64,000 nucleotides of DNA. Source: Camelus ferus. Its lineage: Eukaryota. Both the position numbers and the translations under genes were made by a program. The stretch spans positions 55,802,001 through 55,866,000 of the forward strand of contig NC_045707.1 of the NCBI RefSeq assembly GCF_009834535.1, in the 5' to 3' direction. Shown piece by piece: positions 12,721 to 26,749 of this stretch (positions within the stretch are counted from its first letter, which is position 1; each line of letters begins with the position of its first letter). The notes under the pieces are model-generated. The model ran no database searches and was not told the DNA's origin. It saw only the letters and a program-made list of their open reading frames with translations.

Positions 12721-13879
12721 CTTTCCACTCCACTATTTCAATTGATTATGATGTGGCTACGATGATTGTTTTCATTCTGGGAAACACGGACGGTGATTCA
12801 CAATGTTTGTCACAAGCATTTGGACAGACTGGATTGATAACATCCTGTAACTATAATGTAAGGGCATAAGGCTAAGTGGAAGGACGGAGGGAATGGGAGA
12901 CAGAGGGATAGACTGATACAGAAAGTCTGTTTGCACCAACATGAATTTCCTATGATTTTTCTGAAACATACTAAAAAGTATTTGAGGTTGATGAAATTAT
13001 TCGGAATTTAACCTTCCTTTGTTGCTTCAGGTACTCTAAGAATGAAAATAAATCAATGTCTACTTGGAGAAACATAACATTTATATCTTTATAATTGGCC
13101 CACTGCTCACAAACTATAGGGTTAAAATTATAATGCTTAGATAGTTAAAAACAAGACACCGCTGTTCAAGATGATTTAATCTCATCAAATATTCTATTGA
13201 AGTTTTATCTTTGAAGGCAAAAATCATGTCATAAACAATCATGCTAAATGCCTGTTACTTTAATTTACTTGATTTATAAATTTACTTTTCATTTATCAAG
13301 TTCTATTGAATGAAGACTGATTAAAAATGTGATCAATACTGTTTTTAGCTACCTACCAACGTACAGGGAAAACTAAGATGGTAAGACATGAACTGTGAAG
13401 CAATTCAGTAATAAAATAATTGTTAATCACTTAGAAGCATCTAGGATGTGCCTGTGGTGCCATGCTCACTTTCTGGAAGAGTCCAGAGGTTTTGTAATAC
13501 TTACTTCAGTGTTTATTAGGTGGTAGAAGTGGAAAGATGACCTTACCGGCAGCTATTCTTGCTAGTCTATTTGCCAGTGGAAAAGAATATGTTCTAGGTA
13601 AGGAAAATACAGAAGAGCCCCACATACATGACCAAGGTTAAGAAGCATTACAACAGGCTTTTTCTCCAATTTGTCTGACCTACACAATTATATTTTGTTC
13701 ACAGATCGTTCTTACTGAAAATAACAAAAAGATCTCAGATTATAATGGTGTTAAGGTGTTAATAAATTAAATCCTAAATAAGGAGGAACTGTTTTAAGAC
13801 AAATATACCAAAACAGTATCTATGTCTATGTGTGTGAGCGTATATATATATAAAACGTCAAGTGGGAACAGCTCTGAGT

Positions 13880-14075
13880 TAACAGCAGGAAGACTTAAAC
13901 TTTAATTTTTACTTTGAGCTTTCCCTACCTATATGACTTCGGAAAAATTACCCAAAATTGCCGAGTCAGTTTGCTAACTGAAGAAAAGAACTGCAAAAAT
14001 CGCTGCTGTTTCCATATTAGGTATTATGAGGAACACTAAAGTAGGTATCAGAATAATTTACAAATGTCTAGGATC
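13880..14075 (+). mobile_element. MIR fragment
   Basis: Decayed MIR core (tatatgacttcggaaaaattacc...agtcagtttgctaactgaagaaaag...ggtattatgagga). Confidence 0.55.
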
Positions 14076-15099
14076 CCACAGAACTGTTAGATGTTATTTT
14101 ACAGCATGTTACCAAAAGAAGAGCTGTAACACTTCAGTGGTAACGTGCAAACTTCCAGATGGTACTGCCTTAGCAGAAAGACCTCGACCAAGGGTGACAA
14201 TACATTATTTGTAAGGGCACGGTGACCCAAACTGGAAGAAAGTCAACACTTTTCTTCTTTCAATTTGTGGGGGAAACATTTGTTTTGTAAATTCTTCACT
14301 TGAAGGAAAACAATAATAAACCTTGGAGAATCTCTCAGTCTGGCTTACTCTCAAGAGGCATCTGAGGAGACATAAATATTGGTGCGCAGAACATATACAC
14401 AAATACATTTCTTTTTCCTTCCTAATGCTGGAGGAATTCGGACTCTGGGAAAAAGGAAAATATATTAATAGTAGCACAAGGAAATTCAGAACCGCATACA
14501 GTTAAACTTCAGCTCTAAATCACATGTGTACATTTAAAATCCAAAGTGTGGAAACTGTGTGGATGTTGTGCACAGTAAGAATTTTATTAGAGAAAAAAGT
14601 GAAATTGAACTCATCTGTCTGCCTATGGGGTTGTTTCTATGTAGTCTGGAAATTCTCATTACTGTTATAAATCTTGACCATAAATGCTAAGGAATAACAC
14701 CTATGGTGTAAGAGAAAAAGAACGAAATTAAGCTTTTAATCAAGAAATTAGGAGCTCCCCGGGAAACAGCTGGGGAAGGCGGATATAACACATTTCATTC
14801 TTTCGCAAAGTAGGAAACACTGAAAAAAATATTGAACCTTTATAGGAGGATAATGGCATTAAGAAAACCTGATGATTATGGAGAAAAATCACTTTCAGAG
14901 ATAGAAGTAGATTTCTCTCTCTCTTAGTATAGCATATTCATGAAAAATTCATTAAACAGACATGACATATTCTAATTTATTCTAAATTCCTTACAAGGGT
15001 GTAACATACCCTAATCTATCTGATAGGTCATCTCAGTGGACATTTAGGCTCTTTCTACCTTCATGGCTATTAGAAACAATGCTGCAGCACAGATTAGAT

Positions 15100-15840
15100 T
15101 ATGGCTATTTGATACAGATTTTCAAGGATGAATTCATGGGGCCAGTGAGAAGAACAGGGCTGGACATACAGGCAGAAGACTTCCAAAGAACAAAAGGGTA
15201 AATAAAGAGCATGGAACTTCAGAGCATGTTGGGTTCCTGGATGGCAGTGGTGCTGGGGGGGGCGGTGTGAGGAGAGTAAAACGAGGCGACTGGGAATATT
15301 ACGGTTGCAAGTAGTGGATAGTTTGGGACCCTTGCTATGGTGACCTCATTTTTTACATCTTTGGTTTCTGATGAAAATGCTTAGAAAAATGACTTTGTTG
15401 CCGCCCCCCCAACATGTGGGAAAAGATGATCAGCAATGAGAAGTCAAAGGTCATTTATAACAGTCATTTGAAAGAAATGTGTTTTAGAAAGATGCAGCTC
15501 TTGTGGCTTGATTGGAGGGTGGATTTGAGGGACCTGAGATATGAGGCAGAGAGAGTAGTTAGAGACCTCTTGAAAATGGCATGCCAGGAGCTATGGAACC
15601 CTAAGCCAAGGCAGTGAAAAGAGAGACAAAGAAGTATTTCAGCAAGCCATTCTGGTTGTTATTTGATAGGATTTGGCGATTTCCTGGTGGAGGATGAAGG
15701 GAAAAGAAGAGAAAGGTGAAAGTAACTTGGAAATTATTAGCTTGGCCACTTAAGTGGGTAAATGTAATAACTAACATGAAGAAGCCATGAGGAAGAGATG
15801 TTCTGGGATGGAAGGACAGAGTTCTTTATTCTGAATATGT
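15100..15840 (-). mobile_element. L2 fragment
   Basis: Antisense L2 motifs (ttttagaaagatgcagctc, gaggcagagagagtagttagagacc, gataggatttggcgat). Confidence 0.65.
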
Positions 15841-15849
15841 CCATTTTTG

Positions 15850-16505
15850 CCTTGTCTCTACCCAGGACCAAACCGTCACCGCCTACAGCACAGACCGCTG
15901 CAATGGCTGGTTAAGGATCTCTCTACTTCCAGCTTGTCCTTACGATTCATTCTCCAAGCAGGAGCCCCAGACATCTCTGTAACACTTACATAAAACTATT
16001 TTACTCCCGCTTAAATTAACCAAGAGATTTCCTTCTGTGCTTAAAATAAAACCAGTCATTCCTGCCTACGCCTACTTAATCTCCACCCTCCACTCCTGCC
16101 CCTCTCCCCCTCTCGTATGCTCCCTCCACACGGGCTCTCTTCCGGCTCTAAGCTTCTTTCCATCTCATCTTCAGTCCTTTACACAAGCTGCTCCCTTTCT
16201 TTGCATGACTAGCTCCTTGGTATTTCAGTCCCAGATTATCTCTCACTTTTTAGAGAAACTAAACAGCGATTATCCCCAACTACAGTATGTGCCCCTCCCC
16301 CAATTCTGTATTTTTTCATGGCTTATGCTTTATTTTTTCACAACATGCATCATTCAATAAATAAATGTTTTTACGTCCTTTCCACCACCAGAATAAAAAT
16401 CCTTTTTGTAAATAGAAGGGACTTTATTTACCACATTTACTGTTCATTCCTAAGGTCTAGAGAGGTGCTACAAATAGATGTTCAATAAATATGTGGTAAA
16501 TGAAA
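15850..16505 (+). mobile_element. L2 3' fragment
   Basis: Pyrimidine-rich body ending tagatgttcaataaatatgtggtaaatgaa, an L2 terminus. Confidence 0.7.
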
Positions 16506-16691
16506 GAACAGATGCTGGGTCTGAAGTGCCCATCTCTGCATGATACTGACATGCAGAGAGCTGGGAAGTAGTTTTGAGCCCCGGGGAACGAGAAAGCCTG
16601 GGGAGACAGCTAGAGGGAGTAGGTCCAGCTGTCCTACAACTGACGTGTACCTTGTAGGCTCCGCCGTGACCTGTGTTTGCATATGTGAGAC

Positions 16692-16718
16692 TGTGTGTGT
16701 GTGTGTGTGTGTGTGTGT
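16692..16718 (+). repeat. (TG)13 microsatellite
   Basis: Read directly from the sequence. Confidence 0.95.
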
Positions 16719-19325
16719 TTAAAAAGAATGATTTCTCCATAATAACTTCTAGTAAATAACTTCATCATATCCTTTCCAGGACACAGAAGCAAATGACAAC
16801 TCATCTCTCCCTGATTTCTCTCCGGATGACCAGCAGCCTGAATTGAAACTGCAGCTCCACCACCAGTGAGGTGTGTGACTTCAGGCAGACCACCTACTTT
16901 CATATAGTCACCTGGCAACTATTTACTAAGCCCTCACCATGGAAAGACCCCACGGTGGCGTAATGAGTGCGATGCTGAACTAAACCTACACAGAACCGCC
17001 CTCATAGAGCCTATACCCTTGTGAGGGAAACGAACAAGCAATCCCACCACTAAATAGAGATCAATTCTGACAGGAACTACAAACATGAAGCAAACTGTAG
17101 GGAGCAGATGCCGTTCAGAGCAGGTGTCCCTAGATGATGATTGCCAAGTTGAGGTCAGATGAGTGAGGAGATATCAGAGATGAGGGAAGTGCAGGCAGAA
17201 GTTCAAGTTCCTCAGTCGGGACTGAGCAGAGCATGTGGAAGACCCCGCTAGGAAACCAGGCTGACGAGCGCCTGGAGAGCAAAGGAGAGAGAGGTGAGGG
17301 ACGTGACTGCATAGATCGCTCAAGACCACACGGTGCAGCAGCTGAAGGCCATCTTAGGGACTCAGTGAATGAAGGCCCCCCTCTACGTGCTGCCTTTCCC
17401 TGGTAGCTTCTCACACTGACAACACCACGCGCACAAGGCAGAAAGCATACTATTCCAAACGGTGGCTCTAAAACTCATGAACTCTTTCAGATATGCAGAA
17501 GGTATATTTGAATAATCTGTGAAATACTTGTAAAGGGAACTGAATAAAAATAACTTGGTTTGTGTTGGTTCAAAGTGATGTACCTGTGACATTTGCAAGG
17601 TTTTTCTTCTCTCAATCACACATGTGCTCGTGATGTCAGATTTCTCTAACAGTAAGAAATCATCAGTTCTGATTTCAGATCTAGAGGCTGTCTTCCTCAT
17701 CTGAGTGTAACTTTCCATTTCTAATATCTAACAAGAAAGAGCTTGTTAAGCAAATTAATATCGTGAAGAGGGTTTCCTGGAGGCATATTTAACCTACTTG
17801 CAAGGCCAACTACTTTATAATACATGGCTTACATGCAAATGAGAAGCTACTAAATGTAAATTAGTTTGTTCATTACAATGGTCTAGTAAGGCTCAGAAAT
17901 ACATTATCATTAGTTCAGTCACTGTGATGAAGTTATAAAGCTGCATTTCTATTAAAACTTACTGATTCTCTATTTCTTTCACTCATTCATTCACTCACTC
18001 AATAAATGTGCTTCTTGGGGAAGTCTTCCCCATCTCAGGACATGACAACTCCATCCTTCTGAAAGTTGCTCAAGCCCCAAACCAGGGGCTCTTTTTGACT
18101 TTTCTCTCTTACACCCTACATCAAATCCATCAGCCAAAACTGTAGACTCGAGATTAAACATACATGAACACGCAGACACAGACACGCATATGTACACCCA
18201 CAATCATCTCACTTCTTGAAGAACTTCTTCTTAGTCACCTTTGTAAACTTCACTTCTAACTGGCATTAACATGTCAAGTTTGGAAATCACAAAACCTCCT
18301 GATACCTTTCCATGGACCCTAGGTTTAAAACATTTATTCTACGTGTTCTCTCTGGGTTTTTTTTAAAAAAAACAAAAACAAAAACAAAAAAACAAAAAAC
18401 TTCCAAACCTGTATCACTAGCCCTGAACTCTCCTCTAATTTTCAGGCTCATATTCAGTTGCCTGATAGGCATCAAGCACATCCAGCGGTCAAGGTCAACG
18501 TATTACCTTGCCTATCAGAATGCTCATCCTTCAAGATTCCTTATTTTAATACCAAGTGGCAGAGTCCACTGGATCACCCAAGCTGCAAACTCCTCCCTCT
18601 TCCTTACTTCCTTGCCCCTATTAAGGAATCATCAAACGCTGCCCATTTGATCTCCTAAATACTTCTCAGAAATGCCGCTTGCTCCCTTCCCTACTTACTA
18701 GTGCCCTAGTATAAGGGAGCTCAGATGTGTTTTCCTCACTTCCTAGACCTTAATGTATCTCCTCTTCTGTTCATGCAAGAAGGACAGGAGAGGAGGTTCC
18801 TCTGTAGAGATTTAGCAGCTATAAGCTTAGCATAAACTCCTCTACTGCAATCCTTGCTAGTTTCTAGACTCTCACAGAAACAAAGCAAACAACAAGCTGA
18901 TAACTTATTTAATACACAGAAAACAGTCTAAAGGAAGAGCTATAAAAAATATTTTATTGTCTTTTCTTCCCTGTTTCATATGATACATTTGGGAAATAAT
19001 TCACTGGAGGTCCTGTGTCATTCACTGAACTTGGCATTTTTGACTCTCGGATACAAAGAAAATGGAAAAATCTGGAGATGTCTGGAATGTTGTATTTGCC
19101 TTTTTTCTTTTCTTCTTTTTTTTTTTTTTCTTTTCTGGTTAAGTTCAGCCAGGGCAGAATATAAAAATATGTAAAATACCACTTATAGACTTAATTACAA
19201 GAAATTTAGCTGTGCATCTTAGTGTTTGCAAGGATTTTCTTCTCTAACATTGCGTTACTCAATATCTTGCTGAGCTATTCCACATGCTTCTCAGGTAAAA
19301 GAGACTCTGATAGAGGAATGTGCAG

Positions 19326-19326
<1 letters not shown>

Positions 19327-19368
<42 letters not shown>
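19327..19368 (+). repeat. (AC)21 microsatellite
   Basis: Read directly from the sequence. Confidence 0.95.
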
Positions 19369-19373
<5 letters not shown>

Positions 19374-19839
19374 GACGTCTTGAACAGGTAACACAGTTTC
19401 TAGTATGCCTCCCAAGAGACAGTGTGGGGATGTCTGAAGCATAACAATACTTCAATACTGAACACATCATATCTTAAAAACGTTCCACGTTACCACCATT
19501 ACATTTCAAACCAGTGTGTGAATAGCTGTCTACATAACCATAGGGGGAAGAATGTGTTATGCTTGCATTCAACTTTGCCACTTATCTATTTCTCAAGACA
19601 AAGGACATCCTAGCTTTGCTTGTCTCTTTACAGTCAATGTATTAAATACCACTGGATACTGTTTGACCAAGGGATGTCTGATAGGGGACCCATGAGAAAA
19701 GGTTTATTTTTAAACATGGCGACAGCAAGAACAGAACATGGATGCTATTTTTATTTAACTGAACTATGCAAAACAATCTATTATAAAAAGAAACATGTAT
19801 TTAGGAAGATAAAAGTGATGAAAACCACATAAATAATAC

Positions 19840-20260
19840 GGTGAAGACTGCTGACTGCTCTCCCAGTACAATCTAGCTTTCCCTTCTTCCTGGGTACAGG
19901 GTAGTCAGCTAGGTACAATATTCCCCACTTTCTCTCATGGCTGGGCTTGGCCAATTAATGAAGTTCTCACCAAGGAAATGTAAGCAGAATGGATGTGTGT
20001 CACCTGCATAAAAGGCAATCCTGACTCTGAACTTCCTTTCTTTTGTTCTCCAACACAGGCGAGGACAGAGCCACGCCTGGGACTGGTTGTGACCATGCAG
20101 GTGAGGCTAACTCTCTCTGAGATGGCAGAACGACAGAAGGGAAAGAGGAGTCCCTTAGACTCTCTTGGAAGCTGGGAGCAGCTGGGACTGCCCTCTGTCT
20201 AGGTGAGAATACTGCAAAAGTATACCTTTTGGAGAAAACAAGATGATCTCTAAAACACAG
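19840..20260 (+). mobile_element. MaLR LTR (MLT1J-like)
   Basis: cccttcttcctggg, gaagttctcaccaaggaaatgtaagcagaatggatgtgtgtcac and gatggcagaacgacagaagggaaagag match old MLT1 motifs. Confidence 0.7.
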
Positions 20261-20469
20261 TGACAACCATGGAGACGCAGGCCAGTGAGGGATGCGCCAG
20301 GAGGTGAACAAGGCTCTTGAAGAAACAAAGGTGCACTTTTCCAAAAAAGGCTTACAATTTCCATTTCTTCCTTTCCATCCAAACCAATATGTATATGTTG
20401 GGACTTGCTCCCTCACACATACCCTTCCATCCCCCTTCCTCTATATAAGCGTAAACTCACATGCCATAG

Positions 20470-20970
20470 TGGGAAAGACAGACAGCTTGATAAGAAGAAA
20501 ACCTGGTAGAAAATGAGCAAAAAATATATATTACAGGCAAAAAGATGACTAACAAATGATTAATATATAAAACACATGAAAAGATGTGCTACCACAGTAG
20601 TTGTCAGAAAGATGCAGCCTGAAATAACAAGATAGCAATTTTTATTCTCAGGTTGTTGATAGTTAGAGAAGATGGATATTATTCAATCTGGCAGTTGTGC
20701 TGGTATAAATGGGAACTGCTGTATCTTTTGGGAAAATAATCTGACAGTATAGCAACTATTAAAATTGAGAATGTTCACTTTCTTTGACTCAGCAATCATA
20801 CTTCTAGGAATTTATCAGAGAGAAGTAAAAACAAAATGCTTAAGGAAATATGTAAAAGGAACCCTGCAGTACTGTTTATGACAGCATTTAGAGCGAGAGG
20901 AAAAAAAAAGCAAATGAAATGCTCATCAATAGGGTAACATTTGCCAAAATGATGATAATACCTTAGTGAA
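20470..20970 (+). mobile_element. old L1 (L1ME-like) ORF2 3' fragment
   Basis: aaaacacatgaaaagatg, tttgactcagcaatcatacttctaggaattta, aaatgctcatcaataggg. Confidence 0.75.
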
Positions 20971-21492
20971 GTTTTACTCTTCTTGAGAATGACCTTTGGT
21001 TATCCTCCAGCACCTTAAAATGTTTCAAGCCCAACACTGGTGTCTCCTGTGCAAAAGGCAGTTTAAAAAGGGGATTGCATGCAAAGCATGCTGGGATGAG
21101 AGCAGTGACGGGAGGGCAAATAGGATGTTCTGGGCCTTAGAACAACACAGGTTTGGATAGAGACAAAGGAAGCTTGTAGGACTAGGAACCCCCCACCCAC
21201 AGCCCCAGACACTTCTGTAAAACATGTAGCCATTCTTTGGGGAGAAATCTTGAAATTATATAAAGGGTTAAGTTCAGTTGCTGAAATCTGTGTATTAAAG
21301 GAAATGTGACTTTATTTGGCAGTTATGTTGAGGCTTGGAGGTATCTGGGTTATATATGATATGACCGAATGTCTTTGTTGATTTATCAACCTTTCAATGA
21401 AGCAGAGCAAAGAGGAGCTCTTGGGAGTGCTGGGTGTCAGAGAAACCTGACGAGTGTGAATTTCATTCCAGAGAGTAATGTGGCGAGATTTA

Positions 21493-21713
21493 ATTTTATT
21501 TCTTTATTTCTTTAACTGAAGCGTAGTCCATTTACAATGTTGTGTTGATTTCTGGTGTCCAGCATAATGATTCAGTCATACGTATACATACATACGTATA
21601 TTCCTTTTCATGCTGTGTTTTCATTCTAGGCTGTACAAGATACTGAATACAGTTCCCTGTGCTACACGGTAGAAACTTGTGGTTTATCTATTACATGGTA
21701 GTTAGTATCTGCA
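21493..21713 (-). mobile_element. young camelid-type L1 3' end, 5'-truncated
   Basis: Reverse complement of the L1 3' UTR seen at 27290-27500, with a T-rich tail; agattta flanks both sides as a possible short TSD. Confidence 0.85.
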
Positions 21714-23409
21714 CAGATTTACATTTCAGAAACACCACTCCGCAGCGACCCCGGACATGGATCTAAGCAGGAGGCAGACAACTCTGGTTGGCTGGATGGT
21801 AGGATCGTTGTGAGGGGCTGTGAGTGGGCAGTGTGGACAGAGATGGAAAGGGGGAAGGCGGATTTGAGAAATCAGAGAGGGAACGCCTAGCAAAAGGGCG
21901 GACTCGGGGCTGCTGTCTGTCTCTTACTCAGTGCCTGGACAGATGATGACACCATTCATAAACTCTGGAAATTCAGGGTGGAAAAGCTAATCTCAGAAAT
22001 TCATCTTATCCAAAGAGGTTAACTTTTTGCAGACACCTTTTTGTGATATGTCAGCTGCAGGACTCTTAATGCACAACAATGGAAATGGAACCTTCATATT
22101 AAATTACCTCTCAGATGAGTTTTCTCTCTAAAGGGCACGAACGTGACACTCCTAGCAGGATATGATGTTAAAAGAAAGTACTTCAGTGATTATATTTCAT
22201 TTGATTTCTCCAACTGTAATTGTTTTTTTTTTCTCCTTCACTCAGCACATGGTTTTAAGTAATTTCTTCAAGACACAGACTAAATTTAGGAAAATATATC
22301 TACATTTCCCCTTCCCCTTCTAATGCTTCTGAAAATTAGAGATTTTAATGCCACACTTAAAACATCTAAATCATGGTAACAGTCCTATAGTGTATTATGA
22401 CTGAGCATAGTATTTCCAACCACCCTATTAAGAACTTGGTGTGAAACTGGAGGCATTAAAAAAAACACTAAATATGGGGAGAGGAAGATGCTTTTTCTCT
22501 CTCTGTCTTCCATCACAAATTGAATTCGAGTCCATGAGCCCAAGTTGACTATAATCCTAGGGTGTATGCACTGAATTCTGCAAAATGTAGGAAGCAGAGA
22601 GAAGAGGCACAGAAGCACTAAAAATAACATAAAAATCTGCCTTTTTGTTTTTACACTATCAAGCCAACCCCCTGTTCTGCCTTTATCAAGTCACAAAGCA
22701 TCATTGAAAACCCTAAGAGTCAGCACTGCCTATGGAAAGGTTGTGACTTAGACGAGGTCAGTATTTGGAGTTGAAAGGAGCTTCTTTTGCTCACCACCAG
22801 GCAATACTTCAAACTGGGATTCTCATGATGAGCCAGTAAAGATTTTCAGAATGTAAAATTTAAGGATTTTATGGCTTATGTTTTTGTTCTTGCACTTCTT
22901 ACACAGGCATCATGCTGGCTACTGGAAAGCAGGCGACTGCTCTTTGATTTAGTCCCAGAGGGCTTATTGTGTCGAAGTGATTACTTCATTTGGCTAAAAG
23001 CACGTAAAAAATACAAAAAAAGTATCTGCTGTACTGTGAATTACTTATCTTCTGAAACACCACAGCTAAGAATAGCAATAGTACTGTAAAGTTAATAGAA
23101 AACAGTAATAATTACAGTGACATTTATTGAATGCTTATGAAGTGCCCTTCAATTTTTTCAATTAATTCTCTCACCACTCTACGCAAAAGATAAAGTGAGG
23201 AATTCTAGTTAATTTGTTTAAGGCAATACGACATTTAAGTGGCTGACCCAGAACAAAAGCAAAAGTTTCACTCAGTTTTCTAAGGGAGTGAAAGCACAAA
23301 TGAGCAGATGTTCCAGAAGAGCCCAAGTCAGGAAGCACACAGAACGGAGCAATCCAAAGGGTCACTGTTAACACTTAGATTTTAAAACTGAGATGACAAT
23401 GCTGATGAC

Positions 23410-23592
23410 AGCTAACCTTTGGTGTGTGCTCATTACATTTCAGGCACTATTTTAAATGCTTAAAATCTGTTAACTCCTTGGGATTCTCAAGATGATTTTA
23501 CGACTTAAGTACAACGAATGTCCCATCTGACAGAAGAGTAAACTGAAAGACAGAGAAGTTAAGAGACAGACCCAAGGTCACAAAGTAAATGG
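23410..23592 (-). mobile_element. MIR
   Basis: gctaacc...caggcact...cccatctgacagaagagtaaactgaaagacagagaagttaag...cccaaggtcaca. Confidence 0.85.
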
Positions 23593-23652
23593 TTTAGCTG
23601 GAACTGGCTGATGGAAGCAAAGCCAATTAAGAACAGAATGCTAGCCTTTAAA

Positions 23653-23826
23653 CTAGGGGTCTTCAATCTTACTGCACATTAGAATCAACTGAGGAGCTTT
23701 AAAGACTAGGAATGATGGGCTCTGTCTTTGACCAATTAAAATCAGAGTGTCTGGTGAGACTCAGGACTCAGTATGTTACAAAAGCTCCCCGGGCAATTCT
23801 CACGCAGCTAGGGCTGAGAACCACTG
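23653..23826. mobile_element. MER5A1/MER5B-like hAT element
   Basis: tgcacattagaatcaactgaggagcttt...accaattaaaatcaga...aaagctccccgggcaattct...gggctgagaaccactg. Confidence 0.85.
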
Positions 23827-26274
23827 TATAACACAAAGTCAAGATGACTATTTCTCTTCTCAGAAAATAACATTTGGGCTCAAAGTCAATGGCAAGCAGT
23901 AGATTAAAAATTTAGTAGTAAATAAGAGAGCTATACCACCATTATCTTAGCTGTGGTTGAAAATTTACTAGCATTGATTGTAAACAAGAATATTATAGAC
24001 AATCTAAAACACAGTTCCAGAGTGAATGTAGAATATTGTGTTTATTTAAAGAGTCTCAAAGCCGACTTTCTCATCAGTTTTAACTGGACAGTAAATTTAC
24101 CCTATTGTTTTCAGAAACACTTCAGGAATACCATGTTAGCAGAGGCCATGCAGGATCTTTTTTAAATTGAGCTCAAACAGAGGGTTAATTTCTACAGTGT
24201 TAATTTCATTCTGTGGTCCTATTTCTCATGGTCCTTTATTTCCAGTATACACAGAGGGCAATATTTTCAAAGCATAAGAAATATTCTCCCTAATTCAAGT
24301 GAATACACACCATTAACAACCCAGTGTTTTGTGAACGGAGTTTCAAACAGAATTTCCCAAAGAGAAATCTGAGATGCAAAACTATGTGTAGCATGATGGA
24401 AACTGTGTATGGATTGCCATTAAGAAACTAAATAAGTAAAACTCTGCCCTCTCTCTGGGGCAAATAAAAAACTTCCGAGGAAAAGGTAAGGCAGATAAAG
24501 GATAATGCTCGGTAAACCTTATCCCTCCCTGTTGAGGGAAGTGAGGACAAATACTGACTCCATCAAGACATTTCCTCAAAGGCATAGTTTAAAAAAATGG
24601 AAGCACACTCCTTGGTTTCCACTCCTTATTTTTCTTTTCCTCAACCGATGGAACTCACGGAAGAACTACTAGCAAATGTACATTGTGGAGGGGCTCAAAT
24701 TGAGTACTCTTTTCCAGTCATGATGATTCAATGACCCCAGTACAAACAGTCAGAACACCACCACCACCACACCATGACATAGGAGTGCAGTCAACATTCC
24801 GGTCCTTGCTTCGGCAAGACCCAACAGACTCACTACCAGGCTAGTCAGAGTGATGGCAGGAAAGAGTCTGGGAAAAAGAGAAACTCTCCCTGGAAAGCAT
24901 GCATGCTAGTTCAGCCAATTTGTTATTTTTATCTTAAAAATTATTTAACCACAATCAGGTTTCTTAAAATGAGGCAGTTTCTTTTCTGGAGACTACGGCC
25001 TTCCGGCTCATTCCTCTGGTTGACACAAAACCACGGATGTGCCGGGCTGCGGCTTGTCGTATTAGGTCTCTGGCACGTTCGTCCTCTCAGTATAGGTGCC
25101 TCACCAGTTTTGCTTTTTGTGTGTTTGTTTTGGTTTTGTTTTTGTCATTTCCCCTTTCATTGATGTTCTCCTCCTACTGTGGCTCCAAATAACAAAGTAA
25201 GTCTTCTACACCCAAAAGCACAGCAGAATAAATCACAAAATCTAGTCTTTTAATTTCCTCATATAACTGACTTATGGGGAGGAAAATGTTTTGGCTTATT
25301 ATTCTTATCCTAAGTTTTTTTTCACATATCCTTCTTATTTTTAGCCTTGAAATGTTCATCATTGCTTTTTCAGAATGGAAATCTTACATAGGGTAAGTGA
25401 TCTGTTGAGAGGGAGCTATGCCCTTTCGAGGTTCATTTTTTGAAAATCATTGGCCAGTTTTCAATCAAGTCTGAGTGGTTTTATAAAATCAGCTTCTACC
25501 TTTCTATTTAGTTTGTGTTTTCCAGCATAAACGTGACGTCAGTAAAGTAGGGATACCATCAGGTCAAGCAAAGAAGTTCAAGGGTTATACTGCTTTTCTA
25601 GGTAAGAATAAATACACTTAAAAATCCAAAATTATACAGTCTCTAGCAGCTGGTCCAAAGGTTTATATCTATTTACTCTGTTCGATTTGTTGTCACTTCA
25701 ACCATGGGCTGAGTTTCAGAATCTAAATGTATGAACACTTATCAAGAGACCCAACTTTCTGGGGGACTCTGAATTTCCTGAGAGTATGAATTCATTTAAA
25801 ATTAGATGGAGCTCCCAGTTCACAGTGATCACTGTCTCCTGAGACTCAAGCAGACTGACTAGAGAACAGGACTCAGGGGTGAGGTGCACATCAGGGGTCA
25901 GGAGAGATTTCAACATTCTACATTCAGTGAGAGCTAAAAATCAACTTTATTCCTGAAAATTTCTTTTTAAAAAAAAAATCACTGAAATCGCTCTTGAAGT
26001 AAACCACAGCACAGCCTCTCAATGTGTTCTTGGCAGCCAGTCCTGTTGCGTTTGGTTTTACTTCCAGCATTGTAAAAGATCACCGTGTTTTGTGCTGAGC
26101 AGCCCATGTTGTGGTTGGCTTGCATTTAGAGGCTGAGTTTTATTGGGGGAGAGGACATGTTTAAAACAACATGTTGAAAACACAAGAACCACATTCCGTG
26201 CTGCAAGATGTCCACGCTGTGAAAGGACAGGAAGCCAGCACAGACTGAGGGGACAGAAGCTTCCCGGGAGTTCC

Positions 26275-26660
26275 TTCACAATATTGACTGAGCACCTACT
26301 GTCTTCCGGGCACCACTGTACGTGCTGCGGAAAGCCAAGTACAGAAAACAAAGTCCCTGCCATCACAGAGCTCATGTTCTAGAGAGCAGAGGCAGATCAT
26401 GTAAAGATGTAAGAAAGTAGGTAGACTGCAGATGGTGATCAGATCAAGAAGAAAAAGCCCAGGAGGACAGGATAAAAGAGGTAAAGTATATTACTAGTAG
26501 TACAGGGATGTTTGCTATGGGGCAGGACGGGAAGTCTTACTGATATAAGGTGTTATTTGAGCAGATAGTTAAGAAAGCGCCAGAGCTAGCCATGGAGGAG
26601 AGCATGGCAGCCGAAGGAGGGAGTGAGCATGATCATAAATGCCTGGAGGAAGGGAGCATG
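26275..26660 (-). mobile_element. L2 3' fragment
   Basis: caatattgactgagcacctactgt...aaacaaagtccctgccatcacagagctcatgttctag. Confidence 0.75.
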
Positions 26661-26749
26661 CTTGAGCCTGAGATGGGCAACATCAACTTATTCATTGTTT
26701 ATGTTACCTGGCAAATGGAATGGACTTCTTTATTTAAAAATTATTCTCT

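Noticed and set aside
20000..20416. 138-aa minus-strand ORF
   Set aside because: Overlaps an MLT1 LTR and has no protein-like features.
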